DNA from: an uncultured bacterium
Lineage (GTDB): Bacteria > Eisenbacteria > RBG-16-71-46 > CAIMUX01 > WJJG01
NCBI GenBank assembly: GCA_964573295.1
Contig: CAZNJE010000013.1
Coordinates: forward strand, 14,099-78,098
Direction: 5' to 3'
DNA length: 64,000 nucleotides
Made by a program: the position numbers and the translations under genes. Positions within the stretch are counted from its first letter, which is position 1. Each line of letters opens with the position of its first letter. The notes under the pieces were generated by a model, which saw nothing but the letters and a program-made list of their open reading frames with translations, was not told the origin of the DNA and made no database searches. Positions 50,653 to 59,925 of this stretch are shown one piece after another.

Positions 50653-51312
50653 CCCCACCGGCACCATGAGCAGGATCAGTGCCGGCCAGAGAAACATGAA
50701 GTGCATGGCCACGGGTTGGTGGGCCACCGCGTGGCCCGATAGCAGCCACGCCCCGCCGCGCGTCATCAGCGCGAGCAGGAAGAACAGCGCCGGACCACCC
50801 AGTGCCACGACGGCCACCACGCGCAGGACCCACGGCAGCCCGCCGCGCTGAATCCGGTGCGCCGCCCGGTCACCAGCCAGAACCCGCCAGACCAGGAGCC
50901 CTCCCACGGCGACGACGGTTAGCTGAATGATCAGATGCAGCAGACGCGTGGAGGTGAAGATGGGCGGCTCGAAGTCGGGGAGGCCCGACCCGAAGGTGGT
51001 CAGCTGGGCGGCGAGGCCGCCCACGACCAGGAGCAGAAGGGTCACCACGCCCCCGATGGTAAGCCAGCGCATGCGAAGACCCCGCCTGCGACCCGGATCC
51101 GCAAGCGCGAACTCGGCGCCGAGGGCGTCGGCGTCGCCGAGCCGCCGGGCTGCGACCAAGAAGGCTTCCTCCCGCTGCAACCCGCGTGCCTGCAGATCCG
51201 CAATGGCCTCGCGAAGGTGGTCTTCCAACTCGTCGAGATCATCGGCCCCCAGGTCGGCGCGCTGGGCGAAACGCCGTCGCCAGGCCGTGATGGCGGCGTT
51301 CAGGTCGAACAT
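50614..51312 (-). CDS. Permease-prefix-domain membrane protein (PadR partner)
   Basis: FDLNAAITAWRR...LDELEDHLRE..I..L...G...EEAFLVA.RRLG, followed by TM helices; SD AAGGAGG. Confidence 0.85.
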   Translation of the reverse strand: MFDLNAAITAWRRRFAQRADLGADDLDELEDHLREAIADLQARGLQREEAFLVAARRLGDADALGAEFALADPGRRRGLRMRWLTIGGVVTLLLLVVGGLAAQLTTFGSGLPDFEPPIFTSTRLLHLIIQLTVVAVGGLLVWRVLAGDRAAHRIQRGGLPWVLRVVAVVALGGPALFFLLALMTRGGAWLLSGHAVAHQPVAMHFMFLWPALILLMVPVGLLLLVWWLTERR

Positions 51313-51668
51313 GACTTAGCCTCCTTCCGCAGGCGGTCGAACACCGAGCTGACCAGCGACCACTGCTCGAGCTGGCGGGCGAGCTCTTGACGGCCGGCTG
51401 CTTCGATCCGGTAGAAGCGCCTACGCCTGCCGCCCGCGGCGCCGTCCCAGAATGAGGTGATCAGCCCCTGCGCCTCGAGGCGCCGCAAGACCGGGTAGAG
51501 CATGCCGTCGGACCAGGCGATGCGTTCCCCTGAGAGCTCCCGGATGCGCTTGATCAGGGCATACCCGTAGCCGTCCCCCTGCTCGAGCAGGGAAAGCACG
51601 AGCGGAATGGTGGACGCTGCGACGAGTTCCTTCGATAAGGTCATCTGGGGCCGTACGGGTCGATCCAT
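51300..51668 (-). CDS. PadR family transcriptional regulator
   Basis: GYGYALIKRI, GMLYPVLRRLE..GLI, RRRFYRI...G..EL. Confidence 0.95.
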   Translation of the reverse strand: MDRPVRPQMTLSKELVAASTIPLVLSLLEQGDGYGYALIKRIRELSGERIAWSDGMLYPVLRRLEAQGLITSFWDGAAGGRRRRFYRIEAAGRQELARQLEQWSLVSSVFDRLRKEAKSCST

Positions 51669-51672
51669 GACT

Positions 51673-51703
51673 GCACTATACATAGTGCTGCTATGTATGT
51701 CTA
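51673..51703 (-). promoter_or_regulatory. Sigma70 promoter TAGACA-N17-TATAGT, 6 nt before ATG, with overlapping palindromes
   Basis: Palindromes ATACATAG-N5-CTATGTAT (51678-51698) and GCACTAT-AC-ATAGTGC (51673-51688). Confidence 0.7.
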
Positions 51704-51734
51704 GTCCACTTTCGCGATGATCCGAGGATCTCTG

Positions 51735-53387
51735 CTATCGCACAGCCGCACCCACCGGCTGCTCGGCCGCCAACCGGTGCCCCTCTGCTGGGGCGATCCC
51801 ACTCGGCACCTGGAGAGGTTCGAGCTCGGCCAATGCCATCTGGCGGTCCAGACGATCCTGCAGGAAGCGGGCGTAGGGTTTGATGTGGAGGTAGAGGGCG
51901 GCAAAGGTCACCGCGCTGCGAATGGAACGCGGATTGTGCGTCAGGCAATCGCCGAAGGTCTGCCAGTAGGCGCCTCGTGCTTCGCGATCACGCACGCCCA
52001 GCTTCCAGCTGATCTTGGCGAGCGATCGCAGGTTCCGCCACTGACGGCGCAGTGGGGTGCGGATCCGGTGCTGGGAGAGATCGAGGGCACGGTTCAGACG
52101 GCGAACGCGCGCGAAGAAGGCATGCGGGGCGTAGATCGCTTCGATGACCGCACGGTAGTCGCGGAGGATCTCCTTGCGTGGACGGTGGGTGTGGTAATTG
52201 AGGCCCGAGGTGCACTGATCGGCATCGCTATCGGAGAACCCACGATCGCTGTCGGCGTGGAGCCGGCCCTCCTTCTGCAAACGCCGGGACAGCTGGGTAT
52301 GTGGCAGCGCATAGAGCAACCCCACCATGCAGATGGGAATCGCCGCGTCTTCGATGCAGCCGATCATCGAGTCCGCCACCGAGCCGGTCTCGCCATCGAA
52401 GCCCACGATGAACCCCGCGTTGACGAACATCCCGGCCTGATTGATCCTGCGGATGCTGGCGGCGATGTCCTTCTTGGTGTTGTGCGTCTTCTGGGCACTG
52501 CGCAGCACGCAGGGGTCGGGGGTCTCGATGCCCACGAACACTGCGAAGAAGCCGGCCCGGGCCATCGATAAGAGCAGTTCCTCGTCATCTGCCAAACTGA
52601 GACAGGCCTCGCTCGTGAACTCGAACGGGTACCCGTGCCGGGCACGCCAACCGGCGAGGGCAGAGAGCAGCGCACGGACGGCCTTTCGATTGCCGATCAG
52701 GTTGTCGTCGACAAAATCGACGTGGCCCCGATAGCCGAGCTCGTAGAGCGTGTCGAGTTCGGCCAGGATCTGATCGGGCGATTTCTGCCGCGGCACCCGC
52801 CCATTGAGCTCGATGACGCTGCAGAACTCGCAATGGAAAGGACAACCGCGACCAAACTGGACCCCGACGTGCATGTAGTCCTCGAGGCGCAGCAGGTCGA
52901 ACCGAGGTACCGGGGAGGCGGCGAGGTCGGGGAAGCCGCTAGCCGTGAAGACACCGCGGCGCTCGCCGGCCTGCCAGGCGGCCACGAAATCGCCCATGAT
53001 GTCCTCGGCCTCACCAATGACGCGGAACTCGGCCTCCTCGTACACCCCGGGACTCAGTGTCACGTCGGGGCCGCCCACCACGACCGGCTTGTCTTGCTCG
53101 TGGGCCAAGGCGATGACCCGCTTCGCGTCGGGCTGCTGGGAGAGCATACCGCCGATCATGACCAGGTCGGCCCAGCGCAGATCTTCCTCTCCCAGCGTGG
53201 AGGTATTGCGATCGATGAGCCGAACCGGCCAGCTCTTCGGCAGCAATGCGGCAACGGTGATCAGTCCGAGGGGGGCCGCGACATAGCGAGCGCCGACGAT
53301 GGCGCAGGTCTCGCGGTAGTTCCAAAACGACTGCCCGGTAAAGCGAGGACTGACCATCAAGACATTGGGAACCAGCGTACGAACCAC
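51735..53387 (-). CDS. B12-binding radical SAM protein (DUF4070-type)
   Basis: PLGLITVAALLP, VVVGGP, GCPFHCEFC (CxxxCxxC), FVDDNLIGN, VFVGIETP, GFIVGFD. Confidence 0.9.
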   Translation of the reverse strand: MVRTLVPNVLMVSPRFTGQSFWNYRETCAIVGARYVAAPLGLITVAALLPKSWPVRLIDRNTSTLGEEDLRWADLVMIGGMLSQQPDAKRVIALAHEQDKPVVVGGPDVTLSPGVYEEAEFRVIGEAEDIMGDFVAAWQAGERRGVFTASGFPDLAASPVPRFDLLRLEDYMHVGVQFGRGCPFHCEFCSVIELNGRVPRQKSPDQILAELDTLYELGYRGHVDFVDDNLIGNRKAVRALLSALAGWRARHGYPFEFTSEACLSLADDEELLLSMARAGFFAVFVGIETPDPCVLRSAQKTHNTKKDIAASIRRINQAGMFVNAGFIVGFDGETGSVADSMIGCIEDAAIPICMVGLLYALPHTQLSRRLQKEGRLHADSDRGFSDSDADQCTSGLNYHTHRPRKEILRDYRAVIEAIYAPHAFFARVRRLNRALDLSQHRIRTPLRRQWRNLRSLAKISWKLGVRDREARGAYWQTFGDCLTHNPRSIRSAVTFAALYLHIKPYARFLQDRLDRQMALAELEPLQVPSGIAPAEGHRLAAEQPVGAAVR

Positions 53388-53740
53388 GGTCGACGTCTCC
53401 CGGCGGGGGAACCCCCTCACCCATTGCGAGGTCCGCTGGATGAGCTTCGCGGGGTGGCTCGCGGAATCTCCGAGCGGTCCTGGATCCGAGCGCGTCTGCT
53501 CCATGAGGTCCGCCCGGCTTTTCCGGGAGTCCTTCGCCCAGCCCCACCGCTGAGCAACTCACCCGGCATCATACGTCAATGTCAGGCTGAGCGACAGGAA
53601 GATGATCGGGCTCCATCCGGGGCGGGGCACGGGGACGGGGACTGGCGACTGTTGGCAACCCCGTGGCGGTCCGTGCTATCATGGATGCGCTCTTGAAGAC
53701 GCAAGCGCATCGCGTGAACCCGCACACAGGAGGAGCCGTC

Positions 53741-55408
53741 ATGGCCAACCTTCACCGCCACTCGGTCCTCACCTTCCCCGGAACAACTCTCATGACTCTC
53801 ATGGCAGCCGCCCTCGTGATGGGCTCGTCTCTGCTGTTGCCCTCAGTGTCCCGGGCCGACACCGAGCTTCTCTGGTCCTTCGCCGGCAACGGCAGCCTGG
53901 AAGCCATCGCCGCCTTCCCGGACATTGATGGAGATGGCGGCCCCGACATCGTCTTCGAAGGCTACGGCAGCGGCCCCTCGGGCGTGGACCACGTCTTCGC
54001 CGTACGCGGCGCATCGGTGGGCACCGGCGAGATGATCTGGTCGGCGCGCCCGATCGGCGGCGCGAGCAGCGGCGGCGGCAGCGGCGACAACTGCCTGCGC
54101 ATGGGACCCGACCTCAACGGCGACGGCTTCCCCGAGGTCCTGCTCGCCACCGCCTGGGGTGGGCGCACCGCCTATGCGCTCAATGGCCTCACCGGCGAGA
54201 CGTTCTGGAGCTTCGACACCTACCTCCAGCCGCAGTCGGGGTGGGTCTACGCGATGGATGACCTGGGCAGCGACATCACCGGGGACGCCGTCCCCGAGGT
54301 CGTCATCTGCTGCGGCAGCTACAACGACCGAATGTACTGCCTGAACGGCGCGACCGGCGAGCAGGTCTGGGTCTACAACGGGCAGGATGCGTCCTTAGAG
54401 ATTCGTTCGTGCCAGGACATCAACAACGACGGCATTCGTGACGTCGTCGCGGGACTGGGCGACAACTCAGTGCCCGAGCAAGTGATCGCGCTCAGCGGCG
54501 CCGACGGCGGGCTCCTGTGGTCGCGCCCCACCGGCGGCTCGGTGTGGAATCTCACCTTCGTCAGCGACCTGGACGGCGACGGCATACGCGAGGTCGTCCC
54601 GGCCCTGTGGGAAGGCGCCTTGATGTGCATCAACGGGCGCACGGGCGCCGTGGAATGGAACGTGAGCGCTCCCTACCAGCAGCGCGTGGCCACACTGCAG
54701 GATGTCAACGGGGACGGCTACGATGACGTGGTCGTTGGATTCAACACGTCGATCGGGGTGCGCGCCTACGACGGCACCGACGGCACGCTGCTCTGGACCG
54801 CGATCACGCCCGACTGGGTATGGGCGGTCGATCAGGTCGCCGATTGCACCCAGGATGGCATAGGCGATGCGGTGGCCGGCGATTTTGACGGCTACATGTA
54901 CTTGATCGACGGGGTGAGCGGCGAGATCGTCTGGAGCTGGCTCAACCCCACGGGCGATAAGATCATGACGATCCGCGGCGTCCCCGACCTCAACGGCAAC
55001 GGCCAGCCCGACGTCGTGGGCGGCACGCAGCTGCTCTACAGCCCGCCGACCGGCGGCAATGTCTACGCCGTCGAGGGCAATCACGAACCGATGTCGGTCC
55101 CCGAACTCGTGCTCGATCAGGGCCATGGCCTGCGCCTTTCGCCGGCTTACCCCAATCCCGCGCACGGGCACGTTTCCTGGAAGCTGGGTGCACAGCAGGG
55201 CGGATACGTGCAGGTGCTCGTCATCGGTGCCGACGGCCGCCGCGTGGCTGAGCTCGGCGGCTTCAGGGCCGCCGCGGGAAGCGAGGTCGGTCTGTCGTGG
55301 AACGGTCTGGACCGCTTCGGCCGGCCGGTGGCCGCGGGCATCTACCACACGCGCGTCTTACTCGACGGCGAGCTGGCGGCACAAGGTCGGGTCGTGCAGG
55401 TTCGGTAA
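53741..55408 (+). CDS. Secreted FG-GAP/PQQ-like propeller protein with FlgD-like C-terminal domain
   Basis: SD AGGAGGAG; repeated D(I/L/V)(D/N)GDG motifs; tail AYPNPA...WNGLDRFGRPVAAGIYHTR. Confidence 0.85.
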   Translation: MANLHRHSVLTFPGTTLMTLMAAALVMGSSLLLPSVSRADTELLWSFAGNGSLEAIAAFPDIDGDGGPDIVFEGYGSGPSGVDHVFAVRGASVGTGEMIWSARPIGGASSGGGSGDNCLRMGPDLNGDGFPEVLLATAWGGRTAYALNGLTGETFWSFDTYLQPQSGWVYAMDDLGSDITGDAVPEVVICCGSYNDRMYCLNGATGEQVWVYNGQDASLEIRSCQDINNDGIRDVVAGLGDNSVPEQVIALSGADGGLLWSRPTGGSVWNLTFVSDLDGDGIREVVPALWEGALMCINGRTGAVEWNVSAPYQQRVATLQDVNGDGYDDVVVGFNTSIGVRAYDGTDGTLLWTAITPDWVWAVDQVADCTQDGIGDAVAGDFDGYMYLIDGVSGEIVWSWLNPTGDKIMTIRGVPDLNGNGQPDVVGGTQLLYSPPTGGNVYAVEGNHEPMSVPELVLDQGHGLRLSPAYPNPAHGHVSWKLGAQQGGYVQVLVIGADGRRVAELGGFRAAAGSEVGLSWNGLDRFGRPVAAGIYHTRVLLDGELAAQGRVVQVR

Positions 55409-55410
55409 GG

Positions 55411-55472
55411 CGCGTCCAACGCGTATCCAACGCGTATCCAACGCGTATCCCATGCGTATTCCATGCGTGTCC
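55411..55472. repeat. 11-bp tandem repeat (AACGCGTATCC x3 plus degenerate copies)
   Basis: Seen directly between convergent genes. Confidence 0.9.
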
Positions 55473-55552
55473 TGCCACGCACGCCGCGATCCTGGAGGAT
55501 GCCCGGGGCCTGATCGCTGGGGCGGAGCAGGGGTAGCCGATCATGGGTCCTG

Positions 55553-56734
55553 TCACCGGGAAAGCAGCGCACCGGACCAGAGCTCGCGACAGAACACGTC
55601 CCAGGGCAGTACCTCGATCCCATCGGCGGTCTGGCGGCGGTCGGGTTCGCGCGAGACGACCAGGCAGCGCCGGGGCGTGCGTTCATCCATGAGCGCGCGG
55701 AGCCCTTTCAGGTCCACGGCGCGAATCTCGCGCGAGGACTTGCACTCGATGGCGAGATCCATGTCGCCGACGATGAGATCGACCTCGAAGCCGGACCTGG
55801 TCCGCCAGAAACTCAGAGGTTGGTCGACCCGCTTGTAGTGCAGGAAGGCCCGCACTTCATTCAGGATGACATGCTCGAAGGCACGCCCGAATGCGTCGGT
55901 TCCTTCTTCGATCGAGCGTACTTCGGGGTGAAGTGCGTTGGCGACCCCCACGTCGAAGAAGTAGAACTTCTCGGTTTCAACAAGCTGCCGCTTAGCGCGC
56001 CGACGCCAGGGCTCCAGCCGAAAGCCCAGCAGCGTGTCGTCGAGAATCTGATAGTAGCTGCGAATGGTGCTGGCCGAGACGCCGCTTTCCCGAGCGGCAT
56101 TCGCGTAGTTGACTTGTTGGGCATGCATAAGCCCGGCCACCCGCATGAAGCGGGTGAACGCGGGGATGTTTCGGGTGGCCGCTTCGTCCACGACCTCCTC
56201 TTTGATGTAGTTGTTGATGTAGGCCTTCAGTAGCGGCGCAGGATCGTCCACCAGATAGTGGGCCGGGAGGGCGCCGTGGCGCAGAAGCCGGAAAAGATCC
56301 ACCTCCCCGATCTCACGGGTGGTAAGAGGCAGCAAGGAGTTGTCCGTGGCCCGACCGCCCAGGAGATTGTGAGATCGTCGGCGGAGCTTTCGGGCGCTCG
56401 ATCCACACAGGATGAACGAGATGGCGGTGTTCTCCAGCAGCCAGTGAACCTCTTCCAGAAGAGGGGGGACCTTCTGGATTTCATCGATCACGACGAGTGA
56501 GGGCCTTTGGGCCAGGAGATGCTCCCGAAGGAGGTAGGGCCGGACGGTCAATTCGGCGCTAAGTTCAGTGTCGAGAAGGTCATAGAAGCGCGCTTCCGGA
56601 AAGGCCGTGTGGAGATAAGTCGTCTTGCCGACTTGACGGGGGCCCCAAAGAAACGCCGCGCTGGATCCGGTGAGCGGATTCGGGATGCGCGTGACCTCCA
56701 AGCGACGCTCAAATCTGGAAATCCGAGGACTCAT
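55553..56734 (-). CDS. AAA_14 ATPase with DUF4143 / restriction-endonuclease-like C-terminus
   Basis: Walker A GPRQVGKTT, Walker B VVIDEIQK, GSSA, KFYFFDVG, FWRTRSGFEVDLI...AIECK. Confidence 0.9.
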   Translation of the reverse strand: MSPRISRFERRLEVTRIPNPLTGSSAAFLWGPRQVGKTTYLHTAFPEARFYDLLDTELSAELTVRPYLLREHLLAQRPSLVVIDEIQKVPPLLEEVHWLLENTAISFILCGSSARKLRRRSHNLLGGRATDNSLLPLTTREIGEVDLFRLLRHGALPAHYLVDDPAPLLKAYINNYIKEEVVDEAATRNIPAFTRFMRVAGLMHAQQVNYANAARESGVSASTIRSYYQILDDTLLGFRLEPWRRRAKRQLVETEKFYFFDVGVANALHPEVRSIEEGTDAFGRAFEHVILNEVRAFLHYKRVDQPLSFWRTRSGFEVDLIVGDMDLAIECKSSREIRAVDLKGLRALMDERTPRRCLVVSREPDRRQTADGIEVLPWDVFCRELWSGALLSR

Positions 56735-56767
56735 GTGCGGAATTTCGCGAAAATCCGCAGATGAGTC
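56728..56767. promoter_or_regulatory. 40-bp near-perfect palindrome over the ATPase start codon
   Basis: GACTCATGTGCGGAATTTCG|CGAAAATCCGCAGATGAGTC; 18 of 20 positions pair. Confidence 0.65.
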
Positions 56768-56769
56768 AA

Positions 56770-57785
56770 CGATTTTACTCGTTTCCCCTCGACCGGCTCG
56801 AGCGGTGGCGGGCGTCGACGCCTTCTTCGTGGGGTACGATACCGGGTTTCACGTCGCCGATGTTCAGAATTCAGCCAACGTCGCACCCATCGGGACAGCA
56901 ACGATCGGGTACTCCGCCCGCGGGATCGACGTGAGTGGGACCATCGTCTGTGTCGCGGACTCGTACGCCGGATTTCGGATAATCGACATTGCAGATCCTT
57001 CGAATCCTGAGACGATCGGGATACTTGATCTGCAAAGAGTCGCATTCGACGCGCAACTCCATGGATCGCTGGCTTTCGTCGTCACACGCTTCACAGGCCT
57101 CGACATCGTGGACATCGCAGACCCCACCAATCCCGAGGTTCTCAGCACGATTGACGTCGGAAGTGGCGCCGGCGCTGCGGCCCGCGATAGTTTCGTCTAC
57201 CTGATTGATTGTAGTTCCACACTATATGTGATCGACATAACAAACCCAGAGAGCCCCGCTATTGTCCATGCAGACTCCGGATGCAGACTCCGGATTCGGA
57301 TATCTTCGCAGTATTGCTATCGATGGTGACCACGTCTATGTGACCGATGGGGAGACCGGCCTCACGATCATGGATCTCAGCACCCCGTCGGTCCCCTCTC
57401 ACGTTGGCGTGCTGCCTATGGAGGGATACGCCCGGGGCGTGGCCGTATCCAACGGGCTCGCGTGCATTGCCGGGGCGCAAGGAGGCATGCGCGTCGCAGA
57501 TGGTAAGCTCACCCACGAGCCCCTGCGTGGTGGGACTGCGTGGTGGGACAATCAGCCCACCTGAATCCGTTTGGCATCGCGGCCTCCGCTGATTACGTCT
57601 TCTTGGGGGCCGGCGATCTGTTCATCTACCCAGCCCAGTGTGGCACAGGTGGTATAGACCCGGATGCATGGCGCACGGGAATCCCCGGCCTGCTAGGCCC
57701 GGGTCGGACAGATCTCGTCTGGGACGAACAGGACGGTTATCGATTTGTGCCCTCAGGAGCGCCTTCACACACAGATCGAGGATGA
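56770..57785 (+). pseudogene. LVIVD-repeat protein relic (5' truncated, frameshifted)
   Basis: LVIVD repeats (FRIIDIADPSNP, LDIVDIADPTNP, LYVIDITNP, LTIMDLSTP). A 13-bp duplication at 57268-57293 shifts the frame, with a second break near 57540. No start or signal peptide. Confidence 0.8.
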
Positions 57786-57883
57786 GGCGCATCCTCCCAC
57801 TCATTGATCTTCGGCCCGGTCGCATCGTCTCTGAGCCGGGATTGACCATTGGAGGAGCCCTGGAGAGACGGTATCTTATCTCC

Positions 57884-58081
57884 ATGGGATCGCATCTAAC
57901 CGAGGAGTACATCGCCCAACTGAGACGGATGACGGGCGAGCAGAAATGGCACGCGGCATTCCGACTCTACTGGGGCGCCCGCATGCTCAAAGCGACCGCG
58001 CTCCGTGAGCAGCACCCGGATTGGAGCGCGGAGCAGATTGAGCAGAAGGTGAAGGAAATCTTCCTCCATGCCCGAACCTGA
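57884..58081 (+). CDS. Small helical protein, partner of the downstream nucleotidyltransferase
   Basis: YIAQLRRMTGEQKW...LREQHPDWSAEQI; overlaps the next gene; TATCTT 6 nt upstream of ATG and no SD. Confidence 0.75.
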   Translation: MGSHLTEEYIAQLRRMTGEQKWHAAFRLYWGARMLKATALREQHPDWSAEQIEQKVKEIFLHART

Positions 58082-58634
58082 ACCTTTCGTGATTTTCACG
58101 AGAAGATTGGAACAGCTTGCCCTTCAGTACATGGTGTCCGGCTCAATCGCCTCGATCTACTATGGCGAACCGCGGCTCACTAACGATGTTGACATCATCT
58201 TGGTCCTTCCGTCGAGCTCAGTGGAGCGCTTCTTGGCTGCATTCCCGTTGGACGAGTTCTACTGCCCACCTCTCGACGTCATACATCTGGAACGGGCGCG
58301 CCCCGAGCGGGGCCACTTCAACCTCATCCACCATGAGACCGGCTTCAAGGCAGATATCTATCTCGCTCACAACGACCAGCTCCACCAGTGGGGACTCGAC
58401 CGCGTGCGACAGGTCTTCCTGGGAACCGATACGATTCGTCTGGCGCCTCCCGAGTACGTGATCATCCGCAAGCTTCAATTCTACAAGGAAGGGGGGCATG
58501 AGAAGCACCTGCGGGACATCCAGCGCATGCTCGTTGCGCTCGACGATCAGTGGAGCCGGGACGAGCTACTGAATCTGATCGGACGCTACGGTTTGGCTGA
58601 TGCATGGAACAGGGCTGAGCACTACACTGCCTAG
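58068..58634 (+). CDS. Pol-beta superfamily nucleotidyltransferase (DUF6036-like)
   Basis: YMVSGSIAS..YGEPRLTNDVDI, FKADIY, APPEYVIIRKL, KHLRDI. Confidence 0.8.
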   Translation: MPEPEPFVIFTRRLEQLALQYMVSGSIASIYYGEPRLTNDVDIILVLPSSSVERFLAAFPLDEFYCPPLDVIHLERARPERGHFNLIHHETGFKADIYLAHNDQLHQWGLDRVRQVFLGTDTIRLAPPEYVIIRKLQFYKEGGHEKHLRDIQRMLVALDDQWSRDELLNLIGRYGLADAWNRAEHYTA

Positions 58635-58709
58635 TCCGCAGGCATGTGCCGGGGATGATCGCCACGCCCGCAACGAACACGCGCCGGCACGTTGTCCTTG
58701 GCCGCCCGG

Positions 58710-59519
58710 CTAACGCAGACGCGGCCAGGCGCCACGAATGCTGCCTGGATGAAACAGGACCCGGCCTTCGCCAAGGGCATCCGGAAGAACGCCTGCCGTT
58801 TCCTTCAGTAGCAGGCCATGCTCGTCCAAGACGCATGTTCCGGCATCATCCGGAGGAAGCACCTCCACGATGCGCCTCGCTTCATCGAGGATCCTGCGCC
58901 AGCGTCGTGACAATTCCCCCGCATCCGGCGTCTCCCCCCGGAAGGACAGCGACGACACCTCCGCCTGCGAATACCGGCTCGACCGGGCGGCCTGTTCGAG
59001 GATGGCCGCGGGGCTGAAGCCGGGATCCTTGCCGCTGGCGGCCCAGGCGAGATACCCCAGCGGCTGTATGGCTTCATCGCTCGTCATCACATCCACCCAG
59101 TCGCGAACCTCCAGACGTCCGACCAGCGCGAGGACCTTGTTGGTGGCCAGATCCACGGGATGGAGCGTCAGGCCCAGTGCCTCATGTTCCACGAGTGGGA
59201 AGAACCGAAAGGCGCTGTCTTGCGCCCACTGGAACGCGACCGCCTCACCCGATCGCCGCGCAACGGCCTCGATGAACCCGGGATACCGGCGCAGCACCTC
59301 GAGCTCACATCCATGGGACTCGAGCAGTGCGCGGTCGGCCTGCCAGCTGGCTTCCACGGCCACCGCGGTATCGTGAAACAGGTCGATGTCTCGCGAAACC
59401 CGCGCCGAGGCGCTGAAGGCATTGAGTGCGGCCGCGCCGGCCACATAGCTCTCACCCCGCTCCATGCGGGCTCGTGCCATTACTCGGCAGAGTTCTCTTT
59501 GGAGTTCTGTAAGAACCAT
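58710..59519 (-). CDS. AbiEii-like nucleotidyltransferase (type IV TA toxin-like)
   Basis: YVAGAAAL...ARVSRDIDLF, DLATNKVLALVGRLEVRDWVD. Confidence 0.8.
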   Translation of the reverse strand: MVLTELQRELCRVMARARMERGESYVAGAAALNAFSASARVSRDIDLFHDTAVAVEASWQADRALLESHGCELEVLRRYPGFIEAVARRSGEAVAFQWAQDSAFRFFPLVEHEALGLTLHPVDLATNKVLALVGRLEVRDWVDVMTSDEAIQPLGYLAWAASGKDPGFSPAAILEQAARSSRYSQAEVSSLSFRGETPDAGELSRRWRRILDEARRIVEVLPPDDAGTCVLDEHGLLLKETAGVLPDALGEGRVLFHPGSIRGAWPRLR

Positions 59520-59707
59520 CGTTTCAGGGTAGCGGCTTTCTGAAACGCCGCCCGGTCTCCGTGCTTCTCAATTGCTTCTAGGACTGTTACAGCTTCCCGG
59601 ATCGTCTGCGGATAGTAGTCCGGACGAAGAAACCACAAGCAACGATCTCGGTACTCGTCGACCAACTGGTAGACCTCGTCCATGGCTGTCGTCTTGTCCG
59701 GCTTCAT
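59480..59707 (-). CDS. Small antitoxin-like partner protein
   Basis: LVDEYRDRCLWFLRPDYYP...VLEAIEKHGD; overlaps the toxin start; TTGTGT-N17-TAGGAT 9 nt upstream of ATG. Confidence 0.75.
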   Translation of the reverse strand: MKPDKTTAMDEVYQLVDEYRDRCLWFLRPDYYPQTIREAVTVLEAIEKHGDRAAFQKAATLKRWFLQNSKENSAE

Positions 59708-59863
59708 GGCACAGCGATCCTAGAACCGGAGGCACACGGACACAAGAACCCTTGGTGGAGCCGGCTGGCCGGCGCCTCGAGGAGGCCACCAACACACCTC
59801 GGTCGCGTGGCGTTTCCGAGCGTACTCCGCCCAGCGGACAAGCGTCCTCGGGCTGGCAGCCGG

Positions 59864-59923
59864 ACTCGCACCCGAACTCGCACCCGAACTCGCGCTCGAG
59901 CTCGCCCGCAGGCTCGCACCCGG
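59864..59923. repeat. 12-bp degenerate tandem repeat x5 (ACTCGCACCCGA)
   Basis: Seen directly. Confidence 0.8.
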
Positions 59924-59925
59924 GC

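Noticed and set aside
55411-55472. CRISPR array (also considered for 20801-20890, 45977-46023 and 59864-59923)
   Set aside because: Units are 11-18 bp, head-to-tail, with no unique spacers and no cas genes.
55476-55535. Possible C-terminal gene remnant (HAAILEDARGLIAGAEQG*)
   Set aside because: Too short to assign without a database search.
57640-59925. Integron cassette array
   Set aside because: No integrase, genes face both directions, and no convincing RYYYAAC...GTTRRRY attC sites.
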